Shown here: positions 41,503 to 50,301 of the stretch, piece by piece | Layout of the letters: each line of letters opens with the position of its first letter | How positions within the stretch are numbered: the first letter of the stretch is position 1 | NCBI GenBank assembly: GCA_002422165.1 | Contig: DITQ01000010.1 | Span: 56,595-120,594 of the forward strand | Source: Candidatus Pacebacteria bacterium UBA6180 | GTDB lineage: Bacteria; Patescibacteriota; Microgenomatia; UBA1400; PJMF01 | Direction of reading: 5' to 3' | Length of the DNA: 64,000 nt | Notes under the pieces: generated by a model | Seen by the model: the letters and a program-made list of their open reading frames with translations, nothing else | What the model was told of the DNA's origin: nothing | Database searches by the model: none | Program-made: the position numbers and the translations under genes

Positions 41503-41964
41503 ATGTATTTTCTTGATGATGACGATCGAATCAAGGGTGAAGGGCGTCACCAGCGTCGTGCTTTCTTGATGCAGTTGCTTTTTGCTCACACTTTTGATGA
41601 AGTTGGAGATCAAGCTCTTAGTGAACTAGATGAGCAAGCTTTGCCAGAGGCAGAGAGTCAGCTTCTAGAGCAAATTTTGGCTGCTGCTCCAGACATTGAC
41701 ACTTTGATCGCTGCGCACGCGCCAGAACGCCCACTCTCAGAGATCAATCGGGTAGATTTATCGATTATGCGCTTGATTATTTTCGAGAGTCAGACCGAGA
41801 AAACCCCCAAGAAAGTTTTGGTCGACGAAGCCGTCGAGTTAGCTAAGGAATTTGGTAGTGATACTTCTGCCAAATTCGTCAATGGAGTTTTGGGCAAAAT
41901 TTTATTTACAGAGCTTGACCAGGCTGAGGTTAGCTCTTCAGACGAGAAAGAAAACCAATTATGA
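41503..41964 (+). CDS. nusB: Transcription antitermination factor
   Basis: VDLSIMRL, VLVDEAVELAKEFG, KFVNGVLG. Confidence 0.93.
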   Translation: MYFLDDDDRIKGEGRHQRRAFLMQLLFAHTFDEVGDQALSELDEQALPEAESQLLEQILAAAPDIDTLIAAHAPERPLSEINRVDLSIMRLIIFESQTEKTPKKVLVDEAVELAKEFGSDTSAKFVNGVLGKILFTELDQAEVSSSDEKENQL

Positions 41965-42242
41965 GTTTCGCCAAAATTGACCCAGAAGTTTTTAATCGCC
42001 TTCGCCAAGTGTTGGTTGAGTTGACAGGTAATGACATCGAGGAAGTGGTGCCTGATTCTGATCTGGAAGAAGACCTTGGTCTCAATCTCGATATCGACAT
42101 GGCTAGAATCGTGTCCCGTCTTAACCAAGAATTTGACATCAATTTGCAAGAAAAATTAGTTTATCAAGAACTAACTGAGGAAACTGGTGCTAGTGTGGCA
42201 GAGTTAGCCAAATTAGTTTATGATGAATATGAATTAGGCTGA
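41961..42242 (+). CDS. Acyl-carrier-protein-like protein lacking the conserved Ser
   Basis: Acidic 93 aa; DSDLEEDLGLNLDID..LNQEFDINL..SVAEL; directly upstream of rnc. Confidence 0.65.
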   Translation: MSFAKIDPEVFNRLRQVLVELTGNDIEEVVPDSDLEEDLGLNLDIDMARIVSRLNQEFDINLQEKLVYQELTEETGASVAELAKLVYDEYELG

Positions 42243-42243
42243 T

Positions 42244-42909
42244 ATGACCCTGACTTTTCGCAACCCAGAACTCTTAGAGACTGCTCTTAGTCATCGCAGC
42301 TCGCTCAATGAAAAAAGCCAGTCAGGCACAACCTCGATGCAGTCCAATGAGCGCTTGGAATTTTTAGGTGATGCTGTCCTAGAGCTGGCAGCTACTCTTT
42401 ATCTTTACAATCACCAGCCTAACGAAAATGAAGGCAAGCTAACCGCTTATCGTAGTGCTCTGGTTCGCACTGAGACCTTGGCGGCTCTAGCTCGTGAGCT
42501 GGAGCTCAATAAGCAGATGTATCTGAGCAAAGGTGAGGAGCAAGGTGGTGGCCGCGACAACGACAGTTTGCTGGCTGACTTGATGGAGGCAGTCATAGGC
42601 GCTCTCTACCTCGATCAAGGCTTCGAAGCCGTCCAGGATTTTCTAGCCCAGCATTTGTTTCCCAAATTTGAAAATATTTTGCAAAATAAAAGTTACAAAG
42701 ATCAAAAAAGCTTGTTGCAAGAAGAAGTTCAAGCTCGCTCGCTTCCCACGCCAGTTTATCGTTTGGTCAAAGCTGTTGGCCCAGATCACGACAAAGAATT
42801 TACAATAGAAGTTCTGGTCAATGATCAAGTTTGGGGAGTCGGCACGGGTCACAGCAAGCAAATCGCTCAGCAGGCAGCAGCAGCTAAGGCATTGCAAAAG
42901 ATCGCTTGA
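42244..42909 (+). CDS. rnc: Ribonuclease III
   Basis: NERLEFLGDAVL, ADLMEAVIGA, dsRBD GPDH. Confidence 0.97.
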   Translation: MTLTFRNPELLETALSHRSSLNEKSQSGTTSMQSNERLEFLGDAVLELAATLYLYNHQPNENEGKLTAYRSALVRTETLAALARELELNKQMYLSKGEEQGGGRDNDSLLADLMEAVIGALYLDQGFEAVQDFLAQHLFPKFENILQNKSYKDQKSLLQEEVQARSLPTPVYRLVKAVGPDHDKEFTIEVLVNDQVWGVGTGHSKQIAQQAAAAKALQKIA

Positions 42910-42942
42910 GAAATTGGCGACTTCAAGGTAAAATTCATCTCT

Positions 42943-43353
42943 ATGCTAAAAATAAAACTTGCTAGATTCGGTAAAAAACACCAAGCCCACTATCGTATCG
43001 TGGTCAACGAAGCTCGTGACAAAAGAGATGGCAGTTACACTGCTCTACTCGGCCACTACAGCCCAGTTGTACCCAAGAAATTGGAAATCGACGTTGCCGC
43101 TTACGAAGCTTGGATAGTCAAGGGTGCTCAGCCAACTGAGACAGTCGCTGCTCTTTTCAGGCGTTTCAAGTCTGGCGATCCTTTCCCTGTCAAGAAGCCT
43201 GGTCTCTCCAAGAAAGCCAAAGCCAAGGCTGTAGCTGCTGCTAAGCAAGCTAGTGAGCCAGTTGTCGAGCCAGCCAAAGAAACTGTCGCAGAAGAAGCTG
43301 CTCCAATTGTCGAAACCGAAGTCGCCGAAGCTACTGAAAAAATTGCTGCTTAA
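42943..43353 (+). CDS. rpsP: 30S ribosomal protein S16 with C-terminal extension
   Basis: KIKLARFGKK, YRIVV, GAQPTETV. Confidence 0.95.
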   Translation: MLKIKLARFGKKHQAHYRIVVNEARDKRDGSYTALLGHYSPVVPKKLEIDVAAYEAWIVKGAQPTETVAALFRRFKSGDPFPVKKPGLSKKAKAKAVAAAKQASEPVVEPAKETVAEEAAPIVETEVAEATEKIAA

Positions 43354-43389
43354 GTAAATTATTATTTGCTTGTAAATCAAAATAACACT

Positions 43390-43623
43390 ATGAAAAGCTT
43401 ACTTGAATTCATCTTACTTCGCATGGTCGAACACCCAGAAGATCTAAAGATTGATGAGGTTCAAGAAATGGGTCTGACTATTTACAAACTTAAGCTTCAT
43501 CCTGATGATGTTGGTCGCGTGATTGGTCGCTCTGGCAACGCCATTAAAGCTATTCGCAAACTCGCCAGTGTGCGTGCGGTAAAAGAACGCTTGCGCGTGA
43601 GAGTGGTTTTGCAGGAAGACTAA
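43390..43623 (+). CDS. khpA: KH-domain RNA-binding protein (KhpA-like)
   Basis: DVGRVIGRSG; follows rpsP; ATG 43390. Confidence 0.88.
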   Translation: MKSLLEFILLRMVEHPEDLKIDEVQEMGLTIYKLKLHPDDVGRVIGRSGNAIKAIRKLASVRAVKERLRVRVVLQED

Positions 43624-44465
43624 AGCTCTTCTTCAGTTTCATTTATTCTACTCAGTTCATCAGCTGGTTCTACAGATGCATTTAGGCTTTGTTCTAACTC
43701 TTCAACGCTCAGGTTTCCAATTCCAAATAAATTGCCGCGGTCACCGCGGATAACCTGGTCTTGAAGCTGCAGATCTCCCGGGATTAGTTGGTTGATGTTA
43801 TCGAGAATTTTGCGCTCTGCCAAGGTAATGTCAGGTAAGGGATTGGTGATAGTGGTGCGAATGGATTGGGTGAAATAAAAACTGCGCAAGACCAGATCAG
43901 CCTGAGCAATAGCGTTGCGATCTTGCTCAATATTGCGATTAATTGAGATGCTGGTAATAGTGCTGATTGGAGTAACTTGTTCTATTAGACTCATAAACTC
44001 CTGAATGCGCCAAAGTGGACCACTGACGCTAAAATCTAAATCGAGAAAATCATAGCTTGTAGTGTTGCTGCTGCGGCGTACTTGAGTGGAATCAGTGGCA
44101 ATTTCACCAGGATTGAGGCTGAAGTTTTTGATCACCACCTCTGTGGTGTTGGCAACTTTGTTAAGATTATTGAGAATTTCTAAAAGTGGTTTGTGAGAAG
44201 GCAAAACTTTATTGATATCAGAAGCCTGGTTGAAATTGGGGTCGATGGCTAGCTGTTTGAGTTGTTCTGCCTTATTATAAAATTTGGCTAGCTCTAGTTC
44301 ACGCTCATTAAGTTTATTTAAGTCAGTCAAAATTGGAGTAATTTGTTGGATCACGCCAATTAATAAAACTAGTCCAGCGAGGATGAAAAAAAGTACTCCT
44401 AAGACTAATTCCTTACGAGTGTTCCAAAATAAGCGCCAGTTTACTTCGGTTTTATTTTCAATCAT
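43620..44465 (-). CDS. PilO-like alignment protein
   Basis: TM plus coiled coil, VLPS..P motif, position after pilM/pilN. Confidence 0.7.
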   Translation of the reverse strand: MIENKTEVNWRLFWNTRKELVLGVLFFILAGLVLLIGVIQQITPILTDLNKLNERELELAKFYNKAEQLKQLAIDPNFNQASDINKVLPSHKPLLEILNNLNKVANTTEVVIKNFSLNPGEIATDSTQVRRSSNTTSYDFLDLDFSVSGPLWRIQEFMSLIEQVTPISTITSISINRNIEQDRNAIAQADLVLRSFYFTQSIRTTITNPLPDITLAERKILDNINQLIPGDLQLQDQVIRGDRGNLFGIGNLSVEELEQSLNASVEPADELSRINETEEEL

Positions 44466-45018
44466 TTTTTTTGAGTTCTAATTTGAGAGTCAGTTTATAG
44501 CTACCATTGTCTGCTCTAGACAAAGTATTTTTTTCGATGTCATGATATTGCCCTCGTAATTTTTCGCTATCTAGAATTTGGTTGACTTCTCTGAATTTGA
44601 AGATATTTTCGCTGCTTAATTGCAACACCAACCCACCCTGCTCTTCCTGGTAGCTCATGCCGACAATTTCAGCTTTTTCAGCAAAAGTTTCAGAGAAGTA
44701 GTTCATTGCAGCCTGCTTATCACTACGTTTTTGATAAATTTCACTGATGGCTCGAATTTTATTGACAAAAATTAAATAATTAAGCTCGACATTTTCTTGG
44801 GCGAGAATGCTTGCTCGATATTCCTTGATTTTGTTTTCGGTAGTATTAATGCGCAAATTATTAAACAATTTAAAACCAAAAACCCCAATCATGAGTAGGC
44901 AAGCTACTCCCAATACATAGCTGCTTAAGCGAAAAATGCGAACATCTTGCTCTTTTTGCTTGCTTTTTTGTTTAACACGGTTGGCTAAAAAATTGATGTT
45001 GATCATGAGTTTTGCCAT
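44458..45018 (-). CDS. PilN-like alignment protein
   Basis: N-terminal INFL motif and TM; follows pilM. Confidence 0.7.
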   Translation of the reverse strand: MAKLMININFLANRVKQKSKQKEQDVRIFRLSSYVLGVACLLMIGVFGFKLFNNLRINTTENKIKEYRASILAQENVELNYLIFVNKIRAISEIYQKRSDKQAAMNYFSETFAEKAEIVGMSYQEEQGGLVLQLSSENIFKFREVNQILDSEKLRGQYHDIEKNTLSRADNGSYKLTLKLELKKND

Positions 45019-45022
45019 TAAG

Positions 45023-46030
45023 CTAGAGCTGTCTAGTGATTAGGCCCATGCAAACGCTATAGCTAGCTTGATTGAGTTCTGGAACTTGGCCTTTGGCTTT
45101 GGCGAAAGGAGCTGCTATCAACACTTCCACTCCCAAATTTTGACTGATTTTTTCGACCAAACCCTTTAGTTGAGCTGGCCCACCAGCTAAAGCAATGCGC
45201 TTAATTTTTTGTTCAGGGTGATTTTGGTTAAAAAAGCGCATCGTTTTTTGCAAATCAATGATTAGGTTGTTAATAATTGGGTCAATGACTTGGTATAGCT
45301 TGCCTTCCATTTGATTGGGATCGAGACCATAGTTAATTTTGTATTCTTCTGCCTGTTTAAGGTCGAGATTGAAACTTTGGCTAATAGCAGCGTCAATTAG
45401 TGAGCTGCCAGTTTTAGAATTAAAAACGAACTCGAACATATTATTGGCAACCACAGCGATGTCGTTGCTACTGGAGCCCATTTGGACAATGATGGTCTCA
45501 GGATCATTGGCTTCTATATCTAGCGAGCGAATGACAGAAAAAATTTGGGTTTCAAGAAGGGTTGCTTCGATGCCAATGTTGAGAAAAACATTATTGATTT
45601 TTTCAACCAGGGATTTACGCGATCCAACTAGCAAAACTTTCATTGTTGCATTAACTGCTTTTTTATTGGGTTTTTCTAGAACTTGATACTGCAAGATAAG
45701 GTCATTTTTGGGGATGGGGATGGACTGTTCAGCTTGCCAGCCAATCGCTGAAGCCAGCTCAGCATCACTAAGGACAGGCACATCAATCACTTTACTAGTG
45801 ACTAGATATTCAGGCAAACTAAGTCTGACGTCGCTTTGATCGAGCTTGTAGTCGTGGAAAAGGTTGCTAATTAGCTCAGCGAACTGCAGTGCTTCTTGGT
45901 CGCTTTTGGGAGCGACTAATCCTAATTTATTTTTGATTTCTACAGCTTTATTAATCGCTTGACTTCTGCTGTCTTTAGCAACAACGATCTTAATCGTGTG
46001 GGTGCCGATGTCTAGGGCAGTTATTGACAT
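45023..46030 (-). CDS. pilM: Type IV pilus assembly protein PilM
   Basis: ALDIGTHTIK, AEEYK, LAGGPAQLKGL actin-like motifs. Confidence 0.9.
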   Translation of the reverse strand: MSITALDIGTHTIKIVVAKDSRSQAINKAVEIKNKLGLVAPKSDQEALQFAELISNLFHDYKLDQSDVRLSLPEYLVTSKVIDVPVLSDAELASAIGWQAEQSIPIPKNDLILQYQVLEKPNKKAVNATMKVLLVGSRKSLVEKINNVFLNIGIEATLLETQIFSVIRSLDIEANDPETIIVQMGSSSNDIAVVANNMFEFVFNSKTGSSLIDAAISQSFNLDLKQAEEYKINYGLDPNQMEGKLYQVIDPIINNLIIDLQKTMRFFNQNHPEQKIKRIALAGGPAQLKGLVEKISQNLGVEVLIAAPFAKAKGQVPELNQASYSVCMGLITRQL

Positions 46031-46040
46031 ATTTATAGTT

Positions 46041-46838
46041 TTATTTTGCTAAACTTCCTCCGCTAACTAGGGCAAAATCCATAAAAGCCGGGGCGGCAGG
46101 AATTGACCTTTTAACCTCGATGGCTTTGGAGCTAGAACCATCTGGCATCTGAGCCATCGACAAAATCGTGTATTGGGCGCTGGCTAGTAGGTTGCTGCTG
46201 CCACTCAAGTGAAGATCGGTGCCCTGGTCAAGTGGTAGGATGCGTAAAAAAGCTCCTTGGTTATTACTGCCGTCAATGCCGATGGTGTATTGAAATTGGT
46301 AAAGATCTTCTGTGGAGGCTGTTGCGCTAAGTAGGTTCTGGTCACTTTGGCTAGCACAGTTGCCAACCATATAATAATTAACATCCGTCGCGCCACCACT
46401 AAGGAAGTAATGACCAATTAGAAGGTTGGCCGCTCCCTGATCACAAGCACTTTGAGACCAGTGTAGAGTTAGATTGCCAGTTTGTGTGTCGCTAATGCGC
46501 ACTTCCAGCGCTGTTTTTTCTGGCACAAAACCAGTGAATTCATCAGCAGAGCTAATACTGACCTGGTTAAAGTTGGCATCTTCAAAGGAAAATTCAGCAG
46601 GCAATTGGATATTTTGATCGCTTTCGAATTGAAAAATGTTGCCGAGAGCTTGTTGGATTCCTGATTCGGCAGTACTAAAAACGCGAGCAGTGTCCTCTTG
46701 TGCGATATTACTTTGACTTTCTCTGATGGTGCGGTTGGCGATGGAAAGGCCAATCACCAAGATGATGGCTGAAATTAGTAGGACAATTACCCCAACTTGC
46801 CCATCTTGACTGGAACTAAAAGCAATGTGTTTCTGCAT
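46041..46838 (-). CDS. PilX-like minor pilin
   Basis: DG|QVGVIVLL (no Glu5), AESGIQQAL. Confidence 0.75.
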   Translation of the reverse strand: MQKHIAFSSSQDGQVGVIVLLISAIILVIGLSIANRTIRESQSNIAQEDTARVFSTAESGIQQALGNIFQFESDQNIQLPAEFSFEDANFNQVSISSADEFTGFVPEKTALEVRISDTQTGNLTLHWSQSACDQGAANLLIGHYFLSGGATDVNYYMVGNCASQSDQNLLSATASTEDLYQFQYTIGIDGSNNQGAFLRILPLDQGTDLHLSGSSNLLASAQYTILSMAQMPDGSSSKAIEVKRSIPAAPAFMDFALVSGGSLAK

Positions 46839-46881
46839 GCTAAATCATGATAGCAGAATTGCTTGTTTGTAAGCAAGTATA

Positions 46882-48936
46882 CTAATTAGTGGCAGCTTCA
46901 AGCGTGGCGTTCTGGATTTTTTCCAAGTATGGTCGCAAAAAAGATTGATAGTTTGGTTCTTGTTGCAGCAGAGTTGCAGCTTGGTGGATAATTTCAGTAT
47001 TGGTCCAAGAGGCAAAGCGTAAATTGTGCAGACCACTTTGGTTGTAGCCAAGTAAATTTCCTGCCCCACGATTTTCTAGATCAAGTTGGGCCAGTTTAAG
47101 CCCATTTTTTTCTTGGCAGAAATTTTGCAAACGCTTTTGATTTTCTGGATTTTTATCGATGTCAGTCGAGCTAAAAAGTAAGCAGTAACTAGTTTGGCCA
47201 CGCCGACCAACGCGACCTCGCAACTGGTGTAAACTCGATAAGCCGAAGCGTTCGGCCGATTGAATCAGCATAATGTCAGCATTTGGCAAATCAACTCCAA
47301 CTTCGATCATTGGAGTACTAATAAGGATTTGGATTTCCTGACTGTAAACTTGCTCTATAATGGCTGTTTGCTTTTTTTTGCTCAGCTTCGAATGTAAGAC
47401 ATCAATTTTGAATTGTTGGTTAGTTGGAATATTGAGGCGTTTATAAATTTTTTGAAGTTTTGTCTCAAGTAAGGATGAGGCTTCTTTGACGGCGGCGACA
47501 TTTTCTGTCGCTGCTGCTGTAGATGGATTGATAAAAGGACAAACAATTAAAGCCTGCTTAGTTCGTTGTTGATGGACTTTAGTTGAATTAGCTTTCGTGG
47601 AGTTGAGCAACTCCTTGACTAGCCATTCAATGGCTTTATCCTCTTTGTGTTTAGGTACCAGCCAAGTGGTGGCCATTTGTCGCTGGTTAGGCATTTCATC
47701 TAAGTGACTGAGGTCCAAATGACTGAAAATACTGAGCATCAAGCTTCTGGGAATGGGTGTTGCAGTCATGCTGAGCAGGTGTGTTCTAGTCTCCGCTTGA
47801 TCTAGATGTTCTTCTAGTTGGCGGTGTTTAACTCCAAAGCGTTGTTGTTCATCGTAAATCACCAAGCCTGGTTGAATCTGTTCTAGTTTGCCAAGCAGGC
47901 TATGAGTACCGACATAAAAAGTGGCCCGATCGCTTCGTGTGAATTTCTCACCAGCTTGGACGAGAGTGAGCTTGATGTCAGGTAGTAGGCTTTGTAATTT
48001 GTCGAAGTGTTGTTTGGCCAGAATTTTGGTGGGGGCAAGCAAGCAGACATTTTGACCTGCCTGAACGAGCAAGCTGGCTGGCAAAGCAGCGACAATAGTT
48101 TTGCCGCTGCCGACGTCGCCAACTAATAGTCGGTTCATTGGGGATTTTCGTTGTAGATCACTGATGATTTCCTGAACTGCTTTTTTCTGAGCAGTAGTGA
48201 GCGTAAAAGGTAGTTGTGGCAAATTGTGTTTATCAGCTTCCTGAAGTTGAAATTTGGCTCGTTTGCTTTGGTGAAGTTGTTTGTTGGCAGCGGATTTTTG
48301 CATCAGGAAAATGATTTCTTCTCTAGCTAAGCGTTCGCGTGCTTCGACAACTTCTTGAGTCGTATTTGGGAAATGCAGATTTTTGAAGAGTTGCTCGAGT
48401 TCGCCAGCCTGGTGCAGTTTACCGATGACTTCCGCGAGCAGGCGGCGGAGATTGCCTTGTTTGAGGTCGCCGAGTTTAGGGTAAATGGGCACCAGGCGGC
48501 CAGTGTGGATATTTTGCTCAGTAATTTTTTCGACCGTGGCCTGCATTAGTTGGCCGTCTTTGATTTTACCTGAGAAAAAATATTCTTGACCTACGAGAAG
48601 TTTATTTTTGAGAAATTTGTTATTAAACCACAGGCAGTTGATTTGATCGCTCGTGTCGACGATGGTGGCCCGACCAATCAATAAACGGCCTTTGCGGTAT
48701 TCTTGCCATTTAAGTAGTTTAGCCTGGCAGGTGATGAAGTTTTTCTCTCCTATTTCGCCGCTAGCGGCAGCTTGTTTGAGCTCGGCGATGTTTTTGGTCA
48801 AGGATCTATCCTCGTAGCGCAAGGGCAAAAATAATAAAAAATCGAGCAATTGCTCGATTTGGTATTCTGCAAGGGCAAAATTTAGATTGTCACCGATGCC
48901 TTTGATCGTCAGAACAGGATCTGCTAGTTGGTACAT
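46882..48936 (-). CDS. recG: ATP-dependent DNA helicase RecG
   Basis: MNRLLVGDVGSGKT, DEQQRFGV, MTATPIPRSL, LHQLRGRVGR. Confidence 0.95.
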   Translation of the reverse strand: MYQLADPVLTIKGIGDNLNFALAEYQIEQLLDFLLFLPLRYEDRSLTKNIAELKQAAASGEIGEKNFITCQAKLLKWQEYRKGRLLIGRATIVDTSDQINCLWFNNKFLKNKLLVGQEYFFSGKIKDGQLMQATVEKITEQNIHTGRLVPIYPKLGDLKQGNLRRLLAEVIGKLHQAGELEQLFKNLHFPNTTQEVVEARERLAREEIIFLMQKSAANKQLHQSKRAKFQLQEADKHNLPQLPFTLTTAQKKAVQEIISDLQRKSPMNRLLVGDVGSGKTIVAALPASLLVQAGQNVCLLAPTKILAKQHFDKLQSLLPDIKLTLVQAGEKFTRSDRATFYVGTHSLLGKLEQIQPGLVIYDEQQRFGVKHRQLEEHLDQAETRTHLLSMTATPIPRSLMLSIFSHLDLSHLDEMPNQRQMATTWLVPKHKEDKAIEWLVKELLNSTKANSTKVHQQRTKQALIVCPFINPSTAAATENVAAVKEASSLLETKLQKIYKRLNIPTNQQFKIDVLHSKLSKKKQTAIIEQVYSQEIQILISTPMIEVGVDLPNADIMLIQSAERFGLSSLHQLRGRVGRRGQTSYCLLFSSTDIDKNPENQKRLQNFCQEKNGLKLAQLDLENRGAGNLLGYNQSGLHNLRFASWTNTEIIHQAATLLQQEPNYQSFLRPYLEKIQNATLEAATN

Positions 48937-48948
48937 AACTAATTTAAT

Positions 48949-49059
48949 TTAATAAGAGAAAAATAACAGTACAGCGCTGGCGGCGCTGCTCAAGATCAGA
49001 AAAGCAATTGCCGCGATTGCAAATCCTTTAATGAGAATGTCTTTTTGTTTTTTAGTCAT
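48949..49059 (-). CDS. 36-aa single-TM small protein
   Basis: MTKKQKDILIKGFAIAAIAFLILSSAASAVLLFFSY; start overlaps the tyrS stop; fills the tyrS-recG gap. Confidence 0.6.
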   Translation of the reverse strand: MTKKQKDILIKGFAIAAIAFLILSSAASAVLLFFSY

Positions 49060-50245
49060 TTTTATGAGTAATTCTATACCAATCGCGTTTGCCCAACTTC
49101 ACTTGACTGTCCTCCGGCAAATCTAGCAACTGCTGGCGAGTGGTGATTTTTTCTAAGTTAGGTAGCAGTTTGACGGCGCCTTGCTCGAGGCGACGATTGA
49201 TTTCACTAGAACTAAGTGGTGGTTCTGCGGTGATCGTTTTGTCACTAATAATCAGGGTGCCGAACTCTGATGAGTCTGGAGCGGCATCACCCTGTACAGT
49301 ATCAGTAAAAAACTGCGCGGCTTCTACGGCAGCTACTTCATCATGTAGGTCTCTGGTTATAGTTAGGGCGAGCTTTTTCTTGAACTGCATGGGGTTTTGG
49401 CCAGCTCGCATAGCTCGCTCCATCTCTTCAATCTCAGTGAGCGAGATATCAGTTAGCAAGGTGAAATATTTAATAATTAGTTCATCTGCGACTCGCATTA
49501 GCTTGCCGTACATGTCGCGCGGCGCTTCAGTCAAGGCGACGTAGTTATTAAAAGACTTGCTCATCTTGCGCCCATCAGTGCCTTCGATGAGAGGGGTGCT
49601 AAGCACCCATTTCTCGTGCTGATTGTATTGCTGCTGGAGGTGGCGACCCATCAGCATGTTGAAAGTCTGGTCAGTGCCGCCAATTTCAAGATCGACGTCC
49701 ATAGCTACTGAATCATAACCCTGTAAAAGTGGGTAGATAATTTCGTGGCCATGAATCGGTAGTTTTTTAGCGAGGCGCTGCTCAAACATGTCGCGCTCGA
49801 GTAATTGCTGGACGGTAGTTTTAGCCATCAGTTTGACCATGTCGGCGTAAGTAAGCTTGTCTAGCCAGTCGCCGTTGTGGCGAATTTCGATCAAGTCGAA
49901 GTCAAGAATCTTACTCGCCTGCTTCTTCCAATCTTGAAAATTGGTTTCGATGGTGGCTTCATCCAACATCGGTCGACTCTCATCACGCCCGGTAGGATCG
50001 CCAATTTTGACCGTGCCGTTGCCGACTAGCAATATGACTTGGTGACCCAACTCAGCGAATTGCTGGAGTTTGCGTAGGGCTACGGCGTGTCCGAGGTGCA
50101 AAAAGGCACCTGTGGGGTCAATTCCTAGGAAGAGGCGAATTTGTCGTTCCGCCATGAGCGCCGCCAGAGTTTCTTTTTTAGGCAGAATTTCACTAACTCC
50201 TCTTTCGAGAACTGAAGAAATTGTTACTGAATCGGTATTTGGCAT
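49052..50245 (-). CDS. tyrS: Tyrosine--tRNA ligase
   Basis: GIDPT, HLGH, YPLLQGYD, GGTDQ, KMSKS. Confidence 0.97.
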   Translation of the reverse strand: MPNTDSVTISSVLERGVSEILPKKETLAALMAERQIRLFLGIDPTGAFLHLGHAVALRKLQQFAELGHQVILLVGNGTVKIGDPTGRDESRPMLDEATIETNFQDWKKQASKILDFDLIEIRHNGDWLDKLTYADMVKLMAKTTVQQLLERDMFEQRLAKKLPIHGHEIIYPLLQGYDSVAMDVDLEIGGTDQTFNMLMGRHLQQQYNQHEKWVLSTPLIEGTDGRKMSKSFNNYVALTEAPRDMYGKLMRVADELIIKYFTLLTDISLTEIEEMERAMRAGQNPMQFKKKLALTITRDLHDEVAAVEAAQFFTDTVQGDAAPDSSEFGTLIISDKTITAEPPLSSSEINRRLEQGAVKLLPNLEKITTRQQLLDLPEDSQVKLGKRDWYRITHKND

Positions 50246-50301
50246 AAGGTGTAAATTCGCCTTATTCTAGCATTAACTCCAATATTTGGTAAAATGATTA
50301 T

